From: the human T2T-CHM13v2.0 reference genome, Homo sapiens
Direction: 5' to 3' (one strand)
Assembly (NCBI RefSeq): GCF_009914755.1
Contig: NC_060948.1
DNA length: 64,000 bases
The position numbers and the translations under genes are program-made. The notes under the pieces were generated by a model. The model was not told where the DNA came from, did no database searches, and saw nothing but the letters and a program-made list of their open reading frames with translations. Of the stretch, positions 53,695-64,000 are shown piece by piece (position 1 is the first letter of the stretch; the number at the start of each line of letters is the position of its first letter).

Positions 53695-56600
53695 TGGAAT
53701 GGAATGGAATTGACTCAAATGGAATGGACTAGAATGGAATGGATTCGAATGGAAGGCAAAGGAATGGAATCTATTGGAATGGACTGTAATGGAATGGAAT
53801 GGAAGGGATTGGAATGGACTCGAATGGAATGGACTGCAATAGAAAGGATTCGAATGGAATGAAAAAGAATTGAATGGAATAGAACAGAATGGAATCAAAT
53901 CGAATGAAATGGAATGGAATAGAAAGGAATGGAATGAAATGGAATGGAAAGGATTCGAATGGAATGCAATCGAATGGAATGGAATCGAACGGAATGGAAT
54001 AAAATGGAAGAAAACTGGCAAGAAATGGAATCGAAATGAATGGAGTGTTATGGAACGGACTCAAAAGGAATTGAATGTAATAGAATGGAGTGGAGTGGAC
54101 TCGAATATAATGGACTGGAATGGAATGAAATCACATGGAATGGGAACGAATGGAATGGAATGGAAAGGAATGGAATCGAATGGAAAGGAATCGAATGGAA
54201 GGGAATGAAATTGAATCAACAGGAATGGAAGGGAATAGAATAGACTGTAATGGAATGGACTCGAATAGAATGGACACGAATGCTCAAATTAAATGGACTC
54301 GAATGGAATGGAAACGAAAGGAATGTCATCGAATGGAATTGAATCGATTGGAATGAAATCGCATAGAATGGAGTGGAATCAAATGGAATTGAATCGAAAG
54401 GAAAGGAAGCGAATGGACTGAAATGAAATGGAATGGAATTGAATGGAAAGTAATGCAATGGAATAGAATGGAACGAAATTTCACGGAATGGAATCAAACT
54501 GAATGGAATCAAATCAATGGAATCAAATCAAATGGAATGGAAAGGAATTGAATGGAGTAGATGGGATTGGATGGGATTGGAATGAAATATACTGGAAAGG
54601 ACTCGAATTTCATGAAACGGAATGGAATGAATTGGAACGGAATGGACTCGAATGGAATGGAATGTCATGGGATGGCATCAAATGGAATGACATCAAATGG
54701 AATGGAATCGAATGCAATGGAATGCTATGGAATGGAATGGAATGCATTGGAATGGAATGTCCGCTAATGGAATGGATTCGAGTGGAATGGAATTGAATAT
54801 AATGGAGTCGAATGAAATGGAATTGAAAGGAATGGGATCGAATACAATGGAATATACTGGAATGTAACGTAATGAACTCGAATGTAATTGACTGGAATGG
54901 AATGTACATGAATGGAATGTAATCGAATGGAAAGTAATCCAATGGAATAGAATCTAATGCAATAAAATCGACTCAGATAGAGTAGAATGTAATGGAATGG
55001 AGTGCAGTGCAATGGAATGGAATGGAATGGAATGCAATGGAATGGAATGGAATGGAATAGAATGGAATGGAATGGAATGGGATGGAATGGGATGGAATGG
55101 TATGGAATGGATAGTAATGGACTGGAGTGAAATGGACTGGAAAGGAATGGACTCAAATTGAAAGGGCTCGAAAGGAATGGAGTCAAATGGAATGGTCTGG
55201 AATGGAATGAACACGAATGTAATGCAACCCAATAGAATGGAATCGAATGGCATGGAATATAAAGAAATGGAATCGAAGAGAATGGAAACAAATGGAATGG
55301 AATTGAATGGAATGGAATTGAATGGAATGGGAACGAATGGAGTGAAATTGTATGCAGTAGAAGAGAATAGAATGGAATGCAAGCGAAAGGAAAGGAATGG
55401 ATTGGAATGGAATGGAATTCATTGGAATGGAAGGGAATGTAGTGTAATGGACAGGCCTGGAATAAAGTGGAATGCTACGGTCTCGAATGGAATAAAAATG
55501 TATGGAATGGAATGCAATGAAACGGAATCGAATGTCATAGAATGTAATGGAATGCAAAAAAATGGAATCCAAAATCATTGACTGGAAAGGCTGGGTGTCG
55601 AAAGGAATTGACTCCAATGGAATGGAATCGAATGGAATGGAAGTGAATAGAATCGAACTAAATCGAATGGAATGGAATTGATAGGAACGGAATGGAAAGG
55701 AATGCAATGATTTGGCATGGAATGGAATCGAATGGCATCGAATGGAATGGAATGGAATGCAATGGAATGGAATGTATTAGAATGTAATGAACTTTAATGG
55801 AATGTACTCGAATGGATTCGACTGGAATGGAATGTTCTGGAAGTGAATGGACTCCAATGGAATGGATTCAAAAGGAATGGAATCGTACGGAATGGAATCT
55901 AATGGAATGGAATTAAATGGAAATGAATCAAATTGAATAGCACGGAATTGAATTGAATGGAATGGAATGCAATGGAATCTAATGAAACGGAAAGGAAAGG
56001 AATGGAATGGAATGGAATGGGCTGGAATGGAAAGGAATCGAAACGAATGGAATGGAATCGAAGTGAAGAGACTGGAATGGAATGCACTGGAATGGAAGGG
56101 AGTGTAATGCAAGGTTCTCGAAAAAAATGGAATCGAATGGAATGGAATTGAATGGAACGGAATAGAGTCGAATGGAATTGAATGGAATGGAATGGACTAG
56201 AGTGAAATGGAATCGAACCACAAGGAATGGACAGGAATAGAATGGTCTCGAATTGAATGGAATCGTATGGAATGGCATCAAACGGAATGGAATGGACAGC
56301 CACGGAATGGAATGCACTCGAATGCAATGGAGTCGAAACTAATGGACTGGAATAGAATGGACTCGACTGGTACGGACTCCAATGGAATGGAATCGAATGG
56401 AAGGGAATCGAACGGAATGGACTCGAAGGGAAAAGACTGCAATGGAAAGGTCTCGAATGGAATGGAAATTAATGGAATGGAATGGAATCGAATGAAATGG
56501 AGTCAAAAGGAATGGAATCGAATGGCAAGAAATCGAATGTAATGGAATCGCCAGGAATTGATGTGAACGGAACGGAATGGAATGGAATCCAAAGGAATGG

Positions 56601-57268
56601 AATAGAATGGAATGGAATCGAATGGAAAGGACTCGAATGGAAATCACTCGAATAGAATGCAATTTAATAAAATAGGATCAAATGTAATGGAATGGAATGG
56701 AAAGGAATCGAAACGAAAGGAATGGAGACAGATGGAATGGAATGGAACAGAGAGCAATGGTATAGAATGGAATGGAATCATCTGGAATGGAATTGAATGG
56801 AATGGAATAATATGAAATGGAATGGAATGGAATGGAATGGAATGCCCTTGAATTAAATGGACTGGAATGGAATGGACTCAAACAGAGTGGAATGGAAAGT
56901 GTGGAGATAGAATGGAATGAACTCCTTTGGAATGGTGTAGTATGCAATGCAATCGACTGGCAGGGAATCAAAAGGAATGTAATCGAATGGATTGGACTGG
57001 AATGCAATGGACTCGAATAGATTGGAAACGGAATGCAAAGGAATGGAATGGAATAGTATGGAATGCAATGGAAGGGAATGGAGTGGAATAGACTAGAGTG
57101 GAATGGAATGGACTGGAAAGCAATGGACTGGAATGGAACTTTCTTGGATGGACTGGAATCAAACGGAATGGAATGCAGTGCAATCAAATGGCATGGAATA
57201 AAATAGAATGAAAGAGAATCAAATGGAATTGAATCGAATGGAATCGAATGGATTGGAAAGGAATAGAA
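53695..57268. repeat. DYZ1 unit 16 (3574 bp, type C, +10/-15 indels)
   Basis: Run region +10 with doubled GGGAT; 15-bp deletion near 56400 (116 aa ORF becomes 111 aa). Confidence 0.93.
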
Positions 57269-60200
57269 TGGAATGGAATGGAATTGACTCAAATGGAATG
57301 GACTAGAATGGAATGGATTCGAATGGAAGGCAAAGGAATGGAATCTATTGGAATGGACTGTAATGGAATGGAATGGAAGGGATTGGAATGGACTCGAATG
57401 GAATGGACTGCAATAGAAAGGATTCGAATGGAATGAAAAAGAATTGAATGGAATAGAACAGAATGGAATCAAATCGAATGAAATGGAATGGAATAGAAAG
57501 GAATGGAATGAAATGGAATGGAAAGGATTCGAATGGAATGCAATCGAATGGAATGGAATCGAACGGAATGGAATAAAATGGAAGAAAACTGGCAAGAAAT
57601 GGAATCGAAATGAATGGAGTGTTATGGAACGGACTCAAAAGGAATTGAATGTAATAGAATGGAGTGGAGTGGACTCGAATATAATGGACTGGAATGGAAT
57701 GAAATCACATGGAATGGGAACGAATGGAATGGAATGGAAAGGAATGGAATCGAATGGAAAGGAATCGAATGGAAGGGAATGAAATTGAATCAACACGAAT
57801 GGAAGGGAATAGAATAGACTGTAATGGAATGGACTCGAATAGAATGGACACGAATGCTCAAATTAAATGGACTCGAATGGAATGGAAACGAAAGGAATGT
57901 CATCGAATGGAATTGAATCGATTGGAATGAAATCGCATAGAATGGAGTGGAATCAAATGGAATTGAATCGAAAGGAAAGGAAGCGAATGGACTGAAATGA
58001 AATGGAATGGAATTGAATGGAAAGTAATGCAATGGAATAGAATGGAACGAAATTTCACGGAATGGAATCAAACTGAATGGAATCAAATCAATGGAATCAA
58101 ATCAAATGGAATGGAAAGGAATTGAATGGAGTAGATGGGATTGGATGGGATTGGAATGAAATGTACTGGAAAGGACTCGAATTTCATGAAACGGAATGGA
58201 ATGAATTGGAACGGAATGGACTCGAATGGAATGGAATGTCATGGGATGGCATCAAATGGAATGACATCAAATGGAATGGAATCGAATGCAATGGAATGCT
58301 ATGGAATGGAATGGAATGCATTGGAATGGAATGTCCGCTAATGGAATGGATTCGAGTGGAATGGAATTGAATATAATGGAGTCGAATGAAATGGAATTGA
58401 AAGGAATGGGATCGAATACAATGGAATATACTGGAATGTAACGTAATGAACTCGAATGTAATTGACTGGAATGGAATGTACATGAATGGAATGTAATCGA
58501 ATGGAAAGTAATCCAATGGAATAGAATCTAATGCAATAAAATCGACTCAGATAGAGTAGAATGTAATGGAATGGAGTGCAGTGCAATGGAATGGAATGGA
58601 ATGGAATGCAATGGAATGGAATGGAATGGAATGGAATGGAATGGAATGGAATGGGATGGAATGGGATGGAATGGTATGGAATGGATAGTAATGGACTGGA
58701 GTGAAATGGACTGGAAAGGAATGGACTCAAATTGAAAGGTCTCGAAAGGAATGGAGTCAAATGGAATGGTCTGGAATGGAATGAACACGAATGTAATGCA
58801 ACCCAATAGAATGGAATCGAATGGCATGGAATATAAAGAAATGGAATCGAAGAGAATGGAAACAAATGGAATGGAATTGAATGGAATGGAATTGAATGGA
58901 ATGGGAACGAATGGAGTGAAATTGTATGCAGTAGAAGAGAATAGAATGGAATGCAAGCGAAAGGAAAGGAATGGATTGGAATGGAATGGAATTCATTGGA
59001 ATGGAAGGGAATGTAGTGTAATGGACAGGCCTGGAATAAAGTGGAATGCTACGGTCTCGAATGGAATAAAAATGTATGGAATGGAATGCAATGAAACGGA
59101 ATCGAATGTCATAGAATGTAATGGAATGCAAAAAAATGGAATCCAAAATCATTGACTGGAAAGGCTGGGTGTCGAAAGGAATTGACTCCAATGGAATGGA
59201 ATCGAATGGAATGGAAGTGAATAGAATCGAACTAAATCGAATGGAATGGAATTGATAGGAACGGAATGGAAAGGAATGCAATGATTTGGCATGGAATGGA
59301 ATCGAATGGCATCGAATGGAATGGAATGGAATGCAATGGAATGGAATGTATTAGAATGTAATGAACTTTAATGGAATGTACTCGAATGGATTCGACTGGA
59401 ATGGAATGTTCTGGAAGTGAATGGACTCCAATGGAATGGATTCAAAAGGAATGGAATCGTACGGAATGGAATCTAATGGAATGGAATTAAATGGAAATGA
59501 ATCAAATTGAATAGCACGGAATTGAATTGAATGGAATGGAATGCAATGGAATCTAATGAAACGGAAAGGAAAGGAATGGAATGGAATGGAATGGGCTGGA
59601 ATGGAAAGGAATCGAAACGAATGGAATGGAATCGAAGTGAAGAGACTGGAATGGAATGCACTGGAATGGAAGGGAGTGTAATGCAAGGTTCTCGAAAAAA
59701 ATGGAATCGAATGGAATGGAATTGAATGGAACGGAATAGAGTCGAATGGAATTGAATGGAATGGAATGGACTAGAGTGAAATGGAATCGAACCACAAGGA
59801 ATGGACAGGAATAGAATGGTCTCGAATTGAATGGAATCGTATGGAATGGCATCAAACGGAATGGAATGGACAGCCACGGAATGGAATGCACTCGAATGCA
59901 ATGGAGTCGAAACTAATGGACTGGAATAGAATGGACTCGACTGGTACGGACTCCAATGGAATGGAATCGAATGGAAGGGAATCGAACGGAATGGACTCGA
60001 AGGGAAAAGACTGCAATGGAAAGGTCTCGAATGGAATGGAAATTAATGGAATGGAATGGAATCGAATGAAATGGAGTCAAAAGGAATGGAATCGAATGGC
60101 AAGAAATCGAATGTAATGGAATCGCCAGGAATTGATGTGAACGGAACGGAATGGAATGGAATCCAAAGGAATGGAATAGAATGGAATGGAATCGAATGGA

Positions 60201-60842
60201 AAGGACTCGAATGGAAATCACTCGAATAGAATGCAATTTAATAAAATAGGATCAAATGTAATGGAATGGAATGGAAAGGAATCGAAACGAAAGGAATGGA
60301 GACAGATGGAATGGAATGGAACAGAGAGCAATGGTATAGAATGGAATGGAATCATCTGGAATGGAATTGAATGGAATGGAATAATATGAAATGGAATGGA
60401 ATGGAATGGAATGGAATGCCCTTGAATTAAATGGACTGGAATGGAATGGACTCAAACAGAGTGGAATGGAAAGTGTGGAGATAGAATGGAATGAACTCCT
60501 TTGGAATGGTGTAGTATGCAATGCAATCGACTGGCAGGGAATCAAAAGGAATGTAATCGAATGGATTGGACTGGAATGCAATGGACTCGAATAGATTGGA
60601 AACGGAATGCAAAGGAATGGAATGGAATAGTATGGAATGCAATGGAAGGGAATGGAGTGGAATAGACTAGAGTGGAATGGAATGGACTGGAAAGCAATGG
60701 ACTGGAATGGAACTTTCTTGGATGGACTGGAATCAAACGGAATGGAATGCAGTGCAATCAAATGGCATGGAATAAAATAGAATGAAAGAGAATCAAATGG
60801 AATTGAATCGAATGGAATCGAATGGATTGGAAAGGAATAGAA
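57269..60842. repeat. DYZ1 unit 17 (3574 bp, sister of unit 16)
   Basis: Same +10/-15 indels and gcaagg variant as unit 16. Confidence 0.93.
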
Positions 60843-63800
60843 TGGAATGGAATGGAATGGACTCAAATGGAATGGACTAGAATGGAATGGATTCGAATGG
60901 AAGGCAAAGGAATGGAATCTATTGGAATGGACTGTAATGGAATGGAATGGAAGGGATTGGAATGGACTCGAATGGAATGGACTGCAATAGAAAGGATTCG
61001 AATGGAATGAAAAAGAATTGAATGGAATAGAACAGAATGGAATCAAATCGAATGAAATGGAATGGAATAGAAAGGAATGGAATGAAATGGAATGGAAAGG
61101 ATTCGAATGGAATGCAATCGAATGGAATGGAATCGAACGGAATGGAATAAAATGGAAGAAAACTGGCAAGAAATGGAATCGAAATGAATGGAGTGTTATG
61201 GAACGGACTCAAAAGGAATTGAATGTAATAGAATGGAGTGGAGTGGACTCGAATATAATGGACTGGAATGGAATGAAATCACATGGAATGGGAACGAATG
61301 GAATGGAATGGAAAGGAATGGAATCGAATGGAAAGGAATCGAATGGAAGGGAATGAAATTGAATCAACACGAATGGAAGGGAATAGAATAGACTGTAATG
61401 GAATGGACTCGAATAGAATGGACACGAATGCTCAAATTAAATGGACTCGAATGGAATGGAAACGAAAGGAATGTCATCGAATGGAATTGAATCGATTGGA
61501 ATGAAATCGCATAGAATGGAGTGGAATCAAATGGAATTGAATCGAAAGGAAAGGAAGCGAATGGACTGAAATGAAATGGAATGGAATTGAATGGAAAGTA
61601 ATGCAATGGAATAGAATGGAACGAAATTTCACGGAATGGAATCAAACTGAATGGAATCAAATCAATGGAATCAAATCAAATGGAATGGAAAGGAATTGAA
61701 TGGAGTAGATTGGATTGGATGGGATTGGAATGAAATGTACTGGAAAGGACTCGAATTTCATGAAACGGAATGGAATGAATTGGAACGGAATGGACTCGAA
61801 TGGAATGGAATGTCATGGGATGGCATCAAATGGAATGACATCAAATGGAATGGAATCGAATGCAATGGAATGCTATGGAATGGAATGGAATGCATTGGAA
61901 TGGAATGTCCTATAATGGAATGGATTCGAGTGGAATGGAATTGAATATAATGGAGTCGAATGAAATGGAATTGAAAGGAATGGGATCGAATACAATGGAA
62001 TATACAGGAATGTAACGTAATGAACTCGAATGTAATTGACTGGAATGGAATGTACATGAATGGAATGTAATCGAATGGAAAGTAATCCAATGGAATAGAA
62101 TCTAATGCAATAAAATCGACTCAGATAGAGTAGAATGTAATGGAATGGAGTGCAGTGCAATGGAATGGAATGGAATGGAATGCAATGGAATGGAATGGAA
62201 TGGAATGGAATGGAATGGAATGGGATGGAATGGTATGGAATGGATAGTAATGGACTGGAGTGAAATGGACTGGAAAGGAATGGACTCAAATTGAAAGGGC
62301 TCGAAAGGAATGGAGTCAAATGGAATGGTCTGGAATGGAATGAACACGAATGTAATGCAACCCAATAGAATGGAATCGAATGGCATGGAATATAAAGAAA
62401 TGGAATCGAAGAGAATGGAAACAAATGGAATGGAATTGAATGGAATGGAATTGAATGGAATGGGAACGAATGGAGTGAAATTGTATGCAGTAGAAGAGAA
62501 TAGAATGGAATGCAAGCGAAAGGAAAGGAATGGATTGGAATGGAATGGAATTCATTGGAATGGAAGGGAATGTAGTGTAATGGACAGGCCTGGAATAAAG
62601 TGGAATGCTACGGTCTCGAATGGAATAAAAATGTATGGAATGGAATGCAATGAAACGGAATCGAATGTCATAGAATGTAATGGAATGCAAAAAAATGGAA
62701 TCCAAAATCATTGACTGGAAAGGCTGGGTGTCGAAAGGAATTGACTCCAATGGAATGGAATCGAATGGAATGGAAGTGAATAGAATCGAACTAAATCGAA
62801 TGGAATGGAATTGATAGGAACGGAATGGAAAGGAATGCAATGATTTGGCATGGAATGGAATCGAATGGCATCGAATGGAATGGAATGGAATGCATGGAAT
62901 GGAATGTATTAGAATGTAATGAACTTTAATGGAATGTACTCGAATGGATTCGACTGGAATGGAATGTTCTGGAAGTGAATGGACTCCAATGGAATGGATT
63001 CAAAAGGAATGGAATCGTACGGAATGGAATCTAATGGAATGGAATTAAATGGAAATGAATCAAATTGAATAGCACGGAATTGAATTGAATGGAATGGAAT
63101 GCAATGGAATCTAATGAAACGGAAAGGAAAGGAATGGAATGGAATGGAATGGGCTGGAATGGAAAGGAATCGAAACGAATGGAATGGAATCGAAGTGAAG
63201 AGACTGGAATGGAATGCACTGGAATGGAAGGGAGTGTAATGGAAGGTTCTCGAAAAAAATGGAATCGAATGGAATGGAATTGAATGGAACGGAATAGAGT
63301 CGAATGGAATTGAATGGAATGGAATGGACTAGAGTGAAATGGAATCGAACCACAAGGAATGGACAGGAATAGAATGGTCTCGAATTGAATGGAATCGTAT
63401 GGAATGGCATCAAACGGAATGGAATGGACAGCCACGGAATGGAATGCACTCGAATGCAATGGAGTCGAAACTAATGGACTGGAATAGAATGGACTCGACT
63501 GGTACGGACTCCAATGGAATGGAATCGAATGGAAGGGAATCGAACGGAATGGAATCGAACGGAATGGACTCGAAGGGAAAAGACTGCAATGGAAAGGTCT
63601 CGAATGGAATGGAAATTAATGGAATGGAATGGAATCGAATGAAATGGAGTCAAAAGGAATGGAATCGAATGGCAAGAAATCGAATGTAATGGAATCGCCA
63701 GGAATTGATGTGAACGGAACGGAATGGAATGGAATCCAAAGGAATGGAATAGAATGGAATGGAATCGAATGGAAAGGACTCGAATGGAAATCACTCGAAT

Positions 63801-64000
63801 AGAATGCAATTTAATAAAATAGGATCAAATGTAATGGAATGGAATGGAAAGGAATCGAAACGAAAGGAATGGAGACAGATGGAATGGAATGGAACAGAGA
63901 GCAATGGTATAGAATGGAATGGAATCATCTGGAATGGAATTGAATGGAATGGAATAATATGAAATGGAATGGAATGGAATGGAATGGAATGCCCTTGAAT
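60843..64000. repeat. DYZ1 unit 18 (partial, related to unit 15)
   Basis: Shares agattggatt, atacagg and the 1-bp deletion (gcat at 62892-62895) with unit 15; cut by the window end. Confidence 0.93.

Larger units (their letters stand above)
1..64000. repeat. DYZ1: Human Satellite III (HSat3) array, DYZ1 ~3.6 kb repeat of Yq12 heterochromatin; about 17.9 tandem units, extending beyond both window ends
   Basis: Degenerate GGAAT pentamers throughout. The same ORF recurs at 77, 3656, 7235, 10814, 14398, 17977, 21556, 25130, 28719, 32303, 35882, 39471, 43045, 46619, 50208, 53771, 57345, 60919 (period 3563-3589 bp). One GGCC and one conserved GAATTC per unit match the classic male-specific HaeIII/EcoRI ~3.4-3.6 kb repeat. 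The reverse complement from the HaeIII site reads CCTGTCCATTACACTACATTCCCTTCC..., which I recall as the start of the DYZ1 sequence (not database-checked). Confidence 0.96.

Noticed and set aside
176-63962. Plus-strand MEWNG/MESNG-repeat ORFs (62-134 aa) resembling pentapeptide-repeat proteins
   Set aside because: The 5-aa period is simply three pentamers. The ORFs overlap in all frames and are freely broken or shifted by 5-bp indels.
1-64000. CRISPR-like or repeat-spacer array, or any prokaryotic or phage system
   Set aside because: There are no unique spacers, leader or associated genes; all sequence is satellite repeated every ~3.58 kb.
1-64000. DYZ2, Alu or L1 insertion, or an inversion within the array
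   Set aside because: Unit lengths are fully accounted for by small indels, and the GGAAT strand stays on + throughout.
1-64000. HSat2 or an autosomal HSat3 (for example the chromosome 9 type)
   Set aside because: Long (GGAAT)n runs and the absence of the HSat2-type (CATTCGATTC-based) ~23-26 bp repeat argue against HSat2. The 3.58 kb period with single HaeIII and EcoRI sites fits DYZ1.

Overview
The whole window is one uninterrupted, head-to-tail, single-orientation array of human Satellite III: a degenerate (GGAAT)n pentamer (purine-rich strand on +) organised into a ~3.58 kb unit. There are 17 complete units plus one partial, 3563-3589 bp, mode 3579. Unit size, one HaeIII/StuI site and one conserved EcoRI site per unit, and the sequence around them identify it as DYZ1 (Yq12 heterochromatin). 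I see no genes, RNA genes, transposons, DYZ2/Alu segments or inversions; every ORF in the track is a translation artefact of the pentamer. I found no new protein-coding system. What is worth following up is non-coding. (i) Each unit has two perfect three-box heat-shock elements 280 bp apart, the second broken in 3 units by two independent mutations, within a dense field of TEAD-type GGAATG sites. (ii) Units fall into haplotypes ordered A A B A B A A* B A B, then switch to recombinant types, with dimer, possible 5-mer and 3-mer spacing. (iii) One slippage hotspot explains nearly all length variation. (iv) Pentamer register is broken at only four clustered sites per unit. (v) There are local duplications, conversion-like tracts and private mutation clusters. 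All variants were read by eye and from the ORF track, so the lists may be incomplete.
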